Shown: positions 11,459 to 20,928 of the stretch, piece by piece
How the letters are laid out: each line of letters starts with the position of its first letter
How positions within the stretch are numbered: position 1 is the first letter of the stretch
Assembly: GCA_021846265.1 (NCBI GenBank)
Contig: JAJZCF010000003.1
Location: forward strand, 1 to 50,828
Direction: 5' to 3'
Source of the DNA: Actinomycetes bacterium
Lineage (GTDB): Bacteria > Actinomycetota > Acidimicrobiia > Acidimicrobiales > Acidimicrobiaceae
Length of the DNA: 50,828 nt
Translations under genes and position numbers: made by a program
Notes under the pieces: model-generated
Database searches by the model: none
What the model was told of the DNA's origin: nothing
What the model saw: the letters and a program-made list of their open reading frames with translations, nothing else

Positions 11459-12925
11459 TTGGGTATTTTGGCGGACGTCGTGGCGAGTGCCACGGCGTCT
11501 ATGTCTGCGGTACCATCGGACCGGAGTGTGCTTGCTGGGCATCTGGCCATGGGTGGCGACATGCTTTGGCTTATGGCGATCTTTTTCGGGATCAGGAGTG
11601 GCTCAAGGGGCGGCCCATTGGGGCTTTTAGGTTCAGAGATTCAGATGATACTTCTGTCACCCTATCCAGTGGAGCGTTTTTTGCGCTCGAAGCTGGCGGT
11701 TTCGTTACGCCATAGCCTTTTTGTCGGCGTAATTGCCGGAGGAGTAATTGGGGTCTCACTAGCTCATCTGTTGGCGAGCAAGAATGCTTGGCAGTCGACT
11801 GCGTCCAGTATCAGTTTCGCTATGGTGGTGACGATAAGCTACCAAGCCTCGGCGGCGATAATCTCGGGAGCACGGGCTCGAATAGCATATTTTAGCTTGG
11901 CGGAGGTCGTGGTCTTAGCGCTCGCAGGGGCCTTGTGGCTCCTCGACCCAACCTCTTTTGTAAGACTGATGCCCGGCGGACTCATCATGATGGCGGGATT
12001 CGGTGCGAGGGTAGCGCTAATCTCGGGGACGTTGTTTTTTGCGCTCGCTTTCTCCATAGTCGTCATAGCTCTGGGCCTCTTTCTCATACCCGGGGTCGAT
12101 CCGGAGATCCTCCAACGAAGGGCGAGGTTGATCGGAATAATCCGTTTTGCAGCGACCTTTAGGGATTTCAGGACGGTGGCTTTGATGAGAAGGTCACTCG
12201 TTGGAGACAGGATACGCCCAAGGACGACATTCACCGAGCCATTTAGAAGGCTCGTTTTTGAAAAATTCCCCGACCTGTGGCGGAGTCTAATTCCGGCGCT
12301 GAGGTGGGGATATTCCAAGGTGGTTAGGGTTGTTTTGTTAGAGGGCGTGATATTTGTTTCGGCAAAATACGCCGTGGATACCTCGCCACTTCTCGCCCTC
12401 CCGGGGATCATCGCTGGCTGGTTGATCGGAATAGAGCTCACCGATGCACTAAGCCAGGAGGTGGATCATCCCGAGATTGTTTCTCTCAGTCCAATCGAAA
12501 GAGGGAGGGTCGAGAGGATACTGGTGATCGGACCTTTGATAGTCGGATTAATCCTCGCCATCCCGTCCTTTATCCTCCTTGGAATACTCCCTGGTGGTGG
12601 AGAGAACACAATCATGGGCCTTTTGATTGCGATTCCGATACTTTCAAGTGGACTCGTCGGAGCGGGGATATCTGCGCTTGGCAAGGGCGGAGCCGAAAGT
12701 GCACTTTCCATGATGGCGGCGGACTCCGTACAGATGGTAAAGATGGTGTTAGAGTTCCTGCCGATACTCATCGCCGGATGCGGATTTATATCCGTCTTTG
12801 AAGCTAGAGGAATGGCGAGTGATCCAGCGAACCTTTATTCAACGCTGATATCCGCCGGAACTTTCTCACTGATTGTACCCATCGCCGGTTCGGCTTGGAT
12901 AAGAAGAAGGATCCCAGAGACGTGA
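11459..12925 (+). CDS. polytopic membrane protein, putative ABC-exporter permease component
   Basis: 488 aa with many hydrophobic segments and no motif I can name. Its stop overlaps the start region of the downstream ABC ATPase. Confidence 0.5.
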   Translation: MGILADVVASATASMSAVPSDRSVLAGHLAMGGDMLWLMAIFFGIRSGSRGGPLGLLGSEIQMILLSPYPVERFLRSKLAVSLRHSLFVGVIAGGVIGVSLAHLLASKNAWQSTASSISFAMVVTISYQASAAIISGARARIAYFSLAEVVVLALAGALWLLDPTSFVRLMPGGLIMMAGFGARVALISGTLFFALAFSIVVIALGLFLIPGVDPEILQRRARLIGIIRFAATFRDFRTVALMRRSLVGDRIRPRTTFTEPFRRLVFEKFPDLWRSLIPALRWGYSKVVRVVLLEGVIFVSAKYAVDTSPLLALPGIIAGWLIGIELTDALSQEVDHPEIVSLSPIERGRVERILVIGPLIVGLILAIPSFILLGILPGGGENTIMGLLIAIPILSSGLVGAGISALGKGGAESALSMMAADSVQMVKMVLEFLPILIAGCGFISVFEARGMASDPANLYSTLISAGTFSLIVPIAGSAWIRRRIPET

Positions 12926-13635
12926 GCGATACAGGTAAGAGGATTTCTCAGCCCAAGGGCAAGACCGGTGCGATCAGCTTTAAATCGATATCGAAGTCCT
13001 TCGATGGAACTCCGGCGGTAGCGGGGGTTAGCTTCGAAGTTAACCAGGGAGAGGCGGTCATCCTCGTTGGCCATAATGGCTCCGGCAAGACGACTCTTTT
13101 GCGAATTTTGTCTGGCCTTTCTAAGGCCGATTCTGGAGACGTCCTGATATTTGGGGCGAGAGCAGGTTCGAAGGACGCCAGGAGCGTGCTCTCTGTCGCC
13201 TTCGACACGCCTTCCCTGTACGACGACCTATCGACGATCGAACACCTCTACTTTTCGGCGAAGCTGTGCGGTATGGACAACCCAGAGAAACCCGCCGAGG
13301 ACTTGCTGGATCGATTCGGACTCATTCATGTGAAGGACCGCATGCCGAGTGGTTTTTCTAGGGGCATGCGGCAAAAAGTCGCGCTTGCTATGGCATTTAT
13401 TCGCCCCTTTAAGGCGATGATTATTGACGAACCCTTCGTCGGTCTAGACCAGTCCGGCAAGAATACCTTGCTGGAGTTGATCGGCGAGAACTTGAAGGAG
13501 AAGAAGTCCTTTTTGGTCGCTTCTCACTCACTTGATCTGCTCGGCATCGCCAACAGATGCGTCGCATTGTCCTCCGGTGAGATCGCCTACGACGGCCCGG
13601 TTTCTAAGGCAAAGCTAGACGAGTTGCTGGGCTAG
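12895..13635 (+). CDS. ABC transporter ATP-binding protein
   Basis: Walker A GHNGSGKTT, signature-like FSRGMRQKV, Walker B MIIDEP. An alternative GTG start at 12922 overlaps the upstream stop (GTGA). Confidence 0.85.
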   Translation: MDKKKDPRDVSDTGKRISQPKGKTGAISFKSISKSFDGTPAVAGVSFEVNQGEAVILVGHNGSGKTTLLRILSGLSKADSGDVLIFGARAGSKDARSVLSVAFDTPSLYDDLSTIEHLYFSAKLCGMDNPEKPAEDLLDRFGLIHVKDRMPSGFSRGMRQKVALAMAFIRPFKAMIIDEPFVGLDQSGKNTLLELIGENLKEKKSFLVASHSLDLLGIANRCVALSSGEIAYDGPVSKAKLDELLG

Positions 13636-13636
13636 C

Positions 13637-16297
13637 TTAACCCGCCGGGTCTGTTACTTTGACTCGGGCCTTCGCCCACGGTTCGGATCCCTCCGCTATT
13701 TCCATTTCCGCCAGCTCACCCTCGATGACGAGAGCGCGCCGCAGGTCATCCGCTATAAGCCGCAGGGACGCAAGTCGCTTCTTGTCGACTCCTATCTCTA
13801 CTGAGTCAATCGGTGTCTTTACGGAAACCTTCGCTTCGGTCTTGGTCTTGCGAAGCTGCGACATCAAACTCGATGCCAATTCGAGTAGGGCTTGGTCGCT
13901 GCTTTCGTCGAGTGGTGCTAAGTCAACCCCGAAAAGCTCCTTGGCAAATGACGCTGCGAGGATAGAGGGATCGCCCTCTTTTGGCCAACTAGTTTGGTGA
14001 ACCGACCCCTCGTTCCACCAGGACCACGCCTCCTCCGTCGAGAACGGTAGGTATGGGGCCAGCAAGCGGAGTGAAACAGATATCCCAGTTAATAGCGTCA
14101 CTCTCGCAGAGACTGCGGCGCCGTAGTCGATTCTCATGGACCCGTCTGAGGAGATCTCCCCGTAGCCGCGAAGTTTGACGAACTCTAAATAGTCGTCACA
14201 GAACTCCCAAAAGAACTTCTCGGCGACCTCTATTCCCTTGGTGTGGTCGTAATCTTCTAAGGCGGCGGTCGCTTCCCTGACGGTCTGAGAGAGTCGTGCT
14301 AATAGTGCGACATCTATCGGTTTGAGTGACACTTTGGTACTTTTATCCGCCTGTTCGAGGGGCTGTTGGATTAATCCAAGTACGAAGCGAGAAGCGTTAA
14401 GAATCTTTATCCCGAGTCTTCTGCCGACCTTCATCTGGCCTTCTTCGGCGGCGGTGTCGACCCCTGGCCGACCCCCAGAGGACCAGTAGCGAAGTGCGTC
14501 TGCCCCATGAGCTTTTACCAGAGGAAGAGGGGTGACGACGTTTCCCTTGGATTTAGACATCTTTTTCCTGTCGGGATCTAGGACGAAACCGGAGATGATG
14601 GCTGATTTCCAAGGGGCGACCCCGTGGGCGAGCTCTGACCTTAGGAGGGTGTAGAAGAGCCAGGTCCTGATGATGTCTTGGCCCTGTGGGCGCAGGTCCA
14701 TCGGAAAAAGTCGATCAAATAACTCTGGCTCATCGAGCCAGTCCGCTGCGATCTGCGGCGTGAGTGACGATGTAGCCCAGGTGTCCATCACGTCGGGGTC
14801 GGCGACGAAACCGTGCGGCTGGTTTCGCTGGGATTCCTGATAGCCGGGGGGTGCCGAGCTCTGAGGATCCAATGGCAGGAGGCTTTCGTCCGGAATGATC
14901 GCTTTGTCGAAGATCGGTTCGGCCAGCTCATCTAGCGGGTACCAGACAGGGATGGGTATCCCAAAGAACCTCTGGCGGGATATGTTCCAATCCGAGTTGA
15001 GACCCTCAACCCAGTTGTCGTATCTCACCTGCATGAATTTCGGTACCCAACTGATGTGTCCGCCGAGCTCGATGAGGCGAGGCTTCTTGTCGAGTGTCTT
15101 GATAAACCACTGGCGGGACGCAACGATCTCGAGTGGCTTGTCACCCTTTTCAAAGAATTTCACCGGGTGGACTATTGGTTTTGGCTCGCCGATGAGGTTG
15201 CCCGAATCCTTGAGGAGTTCGAGGATTCGCCGGCGGGCGCCATTAGCGGCCTTCTGGGCTATCTCCTGGTAGGCCAGTTCGGCCGCTTTTTGATCCCTGG
15301 TAGGCCAGTTGTCGCTTCCAAAAGGAATAGAAGGCAAGAACCTACCGTCCCTCCCGACGATCAGCCTTATCGGAAGGGAGAGTTCCTTCCACCAAGTGAC
15401 ATCGGTGAGGTCGCCGAATGTGCAGACCATCGCAATGCCGGTGCCCTTGCTTGGGTCTGCTAGATGATGGGTGACTATGGGCAACTCGACGCCAAAGAGC
15501 GGGCTGTAGGCCCTATCGTCGAGGAGGCCGCTGAATCGCTCGTCATCTGGGTGGGCCACGAGGGCGACACAAGCCGGGATCAGCTCGGGCCTAGTCGTCT
15601 CAATTTCAACCGAGCCGCCACTTTTCAGAACGAATCGTACTCGATGATAAGCGCTTGGGACTTCACGGTCTTCGAGTTCTGCCTGGGAGACTGCGGTCCT
15701 AAAATCGACGTCCCATAAGGTCGGGGACTCTTGGGAGTACAGTTCGCCCTGCTTTATTAGCCGGACGAATGAAGTCTGGGAAATCTTTTGCGACCTTGAG
15801 CCGACGGTAGAGTATGTCTTCGTCCAGTCGACTGACAACCCAATTGTTCGCCAGAGCTCTTCGAAGATCTGCTCGTCTTTTGAGGTCAACTCCTCACAGA
15901 GTTCGATAAAGTTCCGCCTAGATATCGGAATCTGGTCTTTTGATGGTTCGGATGGGAGAACAAAGTTTGGGTCGTAGGGAACCTCAGGCTCGCAACGAAC
16001 CCCAAAGTAGTTCTGTACCCTGCGCTCGGTTGGAACTCCGTTATCATCCCAGCCAATCGGATAGAAGACCTCGTGCCCGAGCATTCTCTTGTACCTTGCG
16101 ACTATGTCGGTGTGGGTGTAGGAGAGTACGTGACCGATGTGAAGCGAACCCGAGACCGTTGGCGGAGGGGTATCAATTGAAAAGATCGGCTTTTTGGAGT
16201 CGGGATCAAAGCGGTAGATGCCCCTCTTCTCCCAGACTTCGCTCCACTTTGCCTCTAGGCCTTCCGCACTAGGCCGTTCGGGTAGTGAGATGTTCAT
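13637..16297 (-). CDS. valS: valine--tRNA ligase
   Basis: 886 aa with SLHIGH and KMSKSKGN class I motifs and an editing-domain-sized insertion. Confidence 0.95.
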   Translation of the reverse strand: MNISLPERPSAEGLEAKWSEVWEKRGIYRFDPDSKKPIFSIDTPPPTVSGSLHIGHVLSYTHTDIVARYKRMLGHEVFYPIGWDDNGVPTERRVQNYFGVRCEPEVPYDPNFVLPSEPSKDQIPISRRNFIELCEELTSKDEQIFEELWRTIGLSVDWTKTYSTVGSRSQKISQTSFVRLIKQGELYSQESPTLWDVDFRTAVSQAELEDREVPSAYHRVRFVLKSGGSVEIETTRPELIPACVALVAHPDDERFSGLLDDRAYSPLFGVELPIVTHHLADPSKGTGIAMVCTFGDLTDVTWWKELSLPIRLIVGRDGRFLPSIPFGSDNWPTRDQKAAELAYQEIAQKAANGARRRILELLKDSGNLIGEPKPIVHPVKFFEKGDKPLEIVASRQWFIKTLDKKPRLIELGGHISWVPKFMQVRYDNWVEGLNSDWNISRQRFFGIPIPVWYPLDELAEPIFDKAIIPDESLLPLDPQSSAPPGYQESQRNQPHGFVADPDVMDTWATSSLTPQIAADWLDEPELFDRLFPMDLRPQGQDIIRTWLFYTLLRSELAHGVAPWKSAIISGFVLDPDRKKMSKSKGNVVTPLPLVKAHGADALRYWSSGGRPGVDTAAEEGQMKVGRRLGIKILNASRFVLGLIQQPLEQADKSTKVSLKPIDVALLARLSQTVREATAALEDYDHTKGIEVAEKFFWEFCDDYLEFVKLRGYGEISSDGSMRIDYGAAVSARVTLLTGISVSLRLLAPYLPFSTEEAWSWWNEGSVHQTSWPKEGDPSILAASFAKELFGVDLAPLDESSDQALLELASSLMSQLRKTKTEAKVSVKTPIDSVEIGVDKKRLASLRLIADDLRRALVIEGELAEMEIAEGSEPWAKARVKVTDPAG

Positions 16298-16582
16298 GTA
16301 AGGTCGATCCTTTTTTGGTACAAGTTCGCAGGTCAGTTTTATTAGAGATTAGTTGCCCAGAGTGCCGCCAACCAAAGTAACCACGATTTAGCTGTGGCGG
16401 GAATTCGCTCCAATTTCCGCCTGGTGCGAGGCGGAAATCGACGCTAAGCCAGGTGAATAGGCGCTGAGGCACCATAGATGGCCACCGAGACAGGACTTAG
16501 GGCCGAGCATGGTTATTGTTTAGTCCGCCTTCGCTGCTAATGGAACTTCTATAGTCGAGGGGTCAACTAGAATTGACTAGTT

Positions 16583-17944
16583 ATGCCCCGCCTTTTTGAT
16601 ACCCAATCTTCCGAGATAGTCGATATTGTCCCAAGTACCGAGGGGAAGTTCTCTATGTACGTCTGCGGCCCCACCGTATACGATGAGCCGCACCTTGGAC
16701 ACGGTCGTTTTACCTTGGTATACGACATTCTGCGGCGATATCTGAAGTATCGAGGGGTCGAAGTTCGCTTCGTATCGAACATCACTGACGTCGACGACAA
16801 GATTATTACCAGGGCCGCCGAACTCGGGATTAGCGCAGGGGAGCTCGCAAAGAGGTACGAAGAGGTCTGGTGGGATTTGATGGAGCGACTCGGAGTCGAG
16901 AAGCCCGACGAGACCCCGCACGCTACCGACTGGATAGCTCAGATGCTCGAGCTGGTGACGGAAATGGTCTCAACCGGAGTCGCCTACGAGACAACAGACG
17001 GTGTCTACCTCGAGGTCGCAAAGGTCGATGGGTATGGCCTTCTGGCGAGGCAGAATCTGGCGGACCTCCGTAGTGGAGCTCGAGTGGAGGTCGATGAGCA
17101 GAAGAAGTCTCCTTTGGATTTTGCCCTGTGGAAGAGGACTCCGGAGACTGAGTGGGGGTGGGAATCAAAGTTCGGTTTCGGACGCCCAGGCTGGCATACC
17201 GAGTGTGTCGCTATGGCATTGGGAATACTAGGAGAGGGCTTTGATCTCCATGGAGGCGGTATGGATCTAGCATTCCCACACCATGAGAATGAGCGGGCCC
17301 AAGCTGTCGCGATGGGAAAGAACTTTGCCCGGCACTGGATGCACAACGGTTTTGTCATGGTCGGGGATGAGAAAATGGCTAAGAGCCTTGGAAACTTCAC
17401 GACCCTGAAAGACCTGCTGGATTCGACCGACCCGAGGGCTTATCGGCTTTTAGTCGCTCGATCTCATTATCGGGCGCCGCTAGAGGTGACAGCGGAGATC
17501 CTTCAGGACGCGGCCAGATCTCTTGAGAGAATAGACGCCTTTGCCAGGAGATTTGCCGATGTCGTTTTGGAAAGACCTGAGGTTGCTCCGAGCAAAGAAG
17601 TTATTGACGGCTTCAATGAGGCGATGGATGAGGACCTGAACTCGCCGGTTGGCCTGGCACACGTCTTTGAAGCGATCACTCGGGCGAACTTTGCATTAGA
17701 CCGGGCTCTGAACGAAGAGGCAGTTTCCAACGCAAAGGCTGCCCTTTTATTGCTTGGGACACTCGGGATAGTGGTCCAGGACAGGCTTGAGGTTCCACAA
17801 GAGGTGATAGCGCTGGCCGAGCAGAGGAAGGTTGCACGTTCGGAGAAGGATTTTGCAGCCGCAGACAAATATCGGGACGAGATCCTACAACTCGGCTACG
17901 TCGTTGAAGATTCCGATTTGGGATTCAGGTTCAGAAAGGCCTAG
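16583..17944 (+). CDS. cysS: cysteine--tRNA ligase
   Basis: 453 aa with HLGHGR and KMAKSLGN, plus CGPTVYD near the N-terminus. Confidence 0.95.
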   Translation: MPRLFDTQSSEIVDIVPSTEGKFSMYVCGPTVYDEPHLGHGRFTLVYDILRRYLKYRGVEVRFVSNITDVDDKIITRAAELGISAGELAKRYEEVWWDLMERLGVEKPDETPHATDWIAQMLELVTEMVSTGVAYETTDGVYLEVAKVDGYGLLARQNLADLRSGARVEVDEQKKSPLDFALWKRTPETEWGWESKFGFGRPGWHTECVAMALGILGEGFDLHGGGMDLAFPHHENERAQAVAMGKNFARHWMHNGFVMVGDEKMAKSLGNFTTLKDLLDSTDPRAYRLLVARSHYRAPLEVTAEILQDAARSLERIDAFARRFADVVLERPEVAPSKEVIDGFNEAMDEDLNSPVGLAHVFEAITRANFALDRALNEEAVSNAKAALLLLGTLGIVVQDRLEVPQEVIALAEQRKVARSEKDFAAADKYRDEILQLGYVVEDSDLGFRFRKA

Positions 17945-18079
17945 TGGGAACGGTTTTTCGGAGGCTGGTTGTCTCTGAAAATTAAAGTTTCAGAATTACT
18001 TTCCTAAACGGAGCACGTTATGTTACTAGATGGTAATATAACTGAAGATTTCCGGGCGCTTATCGAAAGGCGGGACGTA

Positions 18080-19294
18080 ATGGCCGAGTTTTCCCTGACA
18101 CTCAGTGAGGATCAGATTCAGATCCAAAAGTGGGTGCACGAGTTTGCAGAGAATGTCGTTAGGCCGGCGGCCCACGAATGGGATGAGAGAGAAGAGACGC
18201 CTTGGCCGATCATTGAAGAAGCTGCGAAGATCGGTTTATACTCCTTTGACTTTATTGCCAACGCTTTCGCCGATAAGTCAGGCCTGTTGATGGCCCTAGT
18301 GAGCGAAGAGATGGCTTGGGGAGATGCTGGCATCGGCCTTTCCATCTTTGGTACAATCCTGGCCGTAACTGGTATCTTCGCCAACGGAACACCGGAACAG
18401 GTCGGCGAGTGGATACCCCAATGCTTTGGTACCCCCGAGTCACCTAAGGTGGCGGCGTTTGCCGTGACCGAGCCGGATGCCGGATCAGACGTCAGTTCTC
18501 TGCGGACTAGGGCCGTTTACGACGAGAAGAGTGATAGCTGGACGTTAAATGGTACAAAGACTTGGATTACAAACGGGGGAATATCCGACATCCACGTTGT
18601 GGTTGCGAGTGTCGATCCCGAGCTGGGATCGAGGGGGCAGGCTAGTTTCGTAGTGCCTCCGAATACTCCTGGGCTTTCTCAAGGGCAAAAGTTCAAAAAG
18701 ATGGGGATTCGGGCCTCGCATACCGCCGAGGTGATACTCGAAGACGTGAAGATTCCGGGGTCGTGTCTGCTAGGCGGCAAGGAGAAGCTTAACGAAAGAC
18801 TGGCTAGGGTGCGGGAAGGCAAGAAGGCATCTTCTCAGGCGGCAATGGCTACTTTCGAAGCTTCGAGGCCAGTGGTAGGTGCCCAGGCGGTCGGGATAGC
18901 GAGGGCGGCATACGAATATTCCCTCCAGTATGCAAAGGAGAGAAGGCAGTTCGGCCGGGCGATTATCGAAAACCAAGCTATTGCATTCAAGCTGGCGGAT
19001 ATGGCGACGAGGATAGACGCATCGAGGTTGTTGGTCTACAGGGCCGCATGGATGGCGGCTAACCGAGTACCATTCAACAATGGCGAAGGGTCAATGTCTA
19101 AGGTTTTTGCTGGCGAGACCGCGGTCCACGTTACTGAAGAGGCGATTCAGATACTCGGTGGCTATGGGTATGTACGGGAATATCCCGTAGAGCGGTGGCA
19201 CCGTGATGCAAAGATCTACACGATCTTCGAAGGCACCAGTGAGATCCAGCGCCTTATCATTTCGAGAGCCATATCGGGGATGCACATCAAGTAG
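18080..19294 (+). CDS. acyl-CoA dehydrogenase
   Basis: FAVTEPDAGSD and GGYGY..EYPVERWHRDAKI..I.EGTSEIQ. The ATG at 18080 is preceded by GAAAGG; the ORF track begins at 18020. Confidence 0.9.
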   Translation: MAEFSLTLSEDQIQIQKWVHEFAENVVRPAAHEWDEREETPWPIIEEAAKIGLYSFDFIANAFADKSGLLMALVSEEMAWGDAGIGLSIFGTILAVTGIFANGTPEQVGEWIPQCFGTPESPKVAAFAVTEPDAGSDVSSLRTRAVYDEKSDSWTLNGTKTWITNGGISDIHVVVASVDPELGSRGQASFVVPPNTPGLSQGQKFKKMGIRASHTAEVILEDVKIPGSCLLGGKEKLNERLARVREGKKASSQAAMATFEASRPVVGAQAVGIARAAYEYSLQYAKERRQFGRAIIENQAIAFKLADMATRIDASRLLVYRAAWMAANRVPFNNGEGSMSKVFAGETAVHVTEEAIQILGGYGYVREYPVERWHRDAKIYTIFEGTSEIQRLIISRAISGMHIK

Positions 19295-19939
19295 TCGGAC
19301 GATCTCCCGGGGTGGGCTTTGCCTTGTGAAGAAGCGACTATTCGAAGGACCGTTACCTGACAACTGGATAGCTTCTCTGTGACGTGGTCGCTCGCTGATT
19401 TCATCAGCGAGCCGAGCGTCATTGCTGACCTGAGGGAGCGTCTTGCAAAACGGATACCAGCATGTTTCGTGCACCGCGATCCTTCGTTGGTGTGGTGGAT
19501 TGCCAGCTCGACGGACGTCGCTCGGTAGATTTAAAGATGGTGAACTGCCGTGCTGCGTTCAATGAAACAGGGGGCTTCGATTCGCCACCTTGAAGCTTCG
19601 ACGGACTTTGCCGCACGGGTGCTTTCATTGCGCCAAGGCACTTTTCTTGGATCAATTTGCTGGAGAGGCTTTTCTGGTATCTCACTATCAAAATACTTAA
19701 GGATCAAGACGCGAGCCCGAGGATGAGTTAAACAAATAGATCACAGCGGGTCGGCGCTTTTGTATGAGGATTCGCAATCATTTAACTGTCCCAGAATGAC
19801 ACATATGATCTTCGCCGCAATGGTAACGCTTATTCCGATTGTCGTAAGCATTTTCGAATAGAACTGCTCTGGCTGGTCGTTTTGAAAGGCCTCAATGTGA
19901 AATACGGAAGGTTTTCGAGGCTAGGTGGTTATCTAGGAG

Positions 19940-20524
19940 GTGGATAAAAGAAGGGAGACCAGGCGATTCGAGCTGAGGAGACCCGTCGTCCTGGTGGTCC
20001 TTGGCGTGGTGCTGGTAGATCAGGCGAGCAAGCTTTGGGCGCTTAATCATCTTGACTCAGCGAGGCGTAAGAGTCTTTTTGGATTGGTAGACCTGACAAT
20101 GTATCGGAATTCCGGAGCATCGCACGGGTTGTTAGCGGGTTACCCCGATCTACTTTTGCCGCTTGAGATCATAGGCGTTGCGGTCGCCTTCTACCTTGCC
20201 AACCGATCTGAGAGTCGGTTCCTCGCCCTGGCGCTGGGCCTTATTGCCGGGGGAGGCTTAGGAAATTTTACCGACCGCATTCTCCATTCCCATGGATTTG
20301 GTACTTCTGGCAGAGTAGTTGACTGGATATCTTTCCCTGGGTCTCGAACGGTTTTTAACCTCGCTGACGTGGCGATCCAAATTGGGGTTGTTGCGGTAGT
20401 CGCCGCTATGGTCATCTCCTTTTTCAAGCCCGATCGCCAGCCAACCTCCAATGTTCTTCAAAGCAGCACCAGCAGAAGTGGTTTTCGCTGGCTGAGACCA
20501 TTTAGGGCCGAGGAATCGGCATAG
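19940..20524 (+). CDS. lspA: lipoprotein signal peptidase (signal peptidase II)
   Basis: YRNSGASHGLL, GGGLGNFTDR, VVDWISF and VFNLADVAIQIG match LspA conserved blocks. The start is uncertain because AGGAGG abuts the GTG. Confidence 0.85.
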   Translation: MDKRRETRRFELRRPVVLVVLGVVLVDQASKLWALNHLDSARRKSLFGLVDLTMYRNSGASHGLLAGYPDLLLPLEIIGVAVAFYLANRSESRFLALALGLIAGGGLGNFTDRILHSHGFGTSGRVVDWISFPGSRTVFNLADVAIQIGVVAVVAAMVISFFKPDRQPTSNVLQSSTSRSGFRWLRPFRAEESA

Positions 20525-20558
20525 TGAGGACCGCCCCCGAAAGTTGATCAACCTAATA

Positions 20559-20683
20559 TGTGAGTGTTCCTCCAAAGTCGGCTATGGAACAATGGTGGAC
20601 ATGAAGTCGAAAAGGCATATCCACTTACAGGCGATAAGAAAACTTGCCGAAGGCGACAAGCTCCTACAGCGTTGAGACAACGG
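20559..20683 (+). mobile_element. truncated left end of an IS3-family element (IR plus first 27 codons of orfA)
   Basis: TGTGAGTGTTCCTCCAAAG..., then the ORF MVDMKSKRHIHLQAIRKLAEGDKLLQR*. It is about 91 percent identical to the reverse complement of 23735-23860. Confidence 0.7.
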
Positions 20684-20834
20684 ACTGCTCCGTCGCTACA
20701 GTGGCAAGGGTACCGACCTAGCGGCCTTCACTAAGGACGACTTGCGGGCGATCGAGCATCGCCTCAACAGAATGTCCCGCCGGGTGCTCGGATGGAAGAC
20801 CGCGGACGAAGTGTACGCTGAAATGTTGCGATGA
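20679..20834 (+). pseudogene. IS30-family transposase, C-terminal 51-codon relic
   Basis: NGLLRRYSGKGTDLAAFTKDDLRAIEHRLNRMSRRVLGWKTADEVYAEMLR* matches the IS30-type C-terminus (NGLLRQYFPKGTDLS...LN.RPRK.LGW.TP.EV). There is no N-terminal part, and an in-frame TGA lies just upstream. Confidence 0.75.
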
Positions 20835-20908
20835 CCGGTTGAGCTCGCCTTTTACGAAAGACATTGGAGCCAAAGCGCAGATATCAACCTATCTAAGTTA
20901 TCTAGGCT

Positions 20909-20928
20909 AGCTAAGTTATTGCGGAGCC
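20909..20928 (+). repeat. 20-nt motif GCTAAGTTATTGCGGAGCCC (copy 1 of 3)
   Basis: 17/20 identical to 23868-23887 and 15/20 to the reverse complement of 25340-25359. A partial extra copy, CTAAGTTAT, lies at 20893-20901. Confidence 0.6.

Noticed and set aside
16298-16582. T-box riboswitch upstream of valS
   Set aside because: I looked for the conserved T-box sequence (..GGTGGTACCGCG..) and a specifier-loop/GA-motif arrangement. The closest string, TTTGGTTGGCGGCACTCTGG, does not match, and no terminator U tract follows. Only the alternative-hairpin observation is kept.
19419-19691. 90-aa minus-strand ORF between the acyl-CoA dehydrogenase and lspA
   Set aside because: It has a highly basic Ser/Pro/Lys-rich composition, no start context and no motif, so it is not convincing as a gene.
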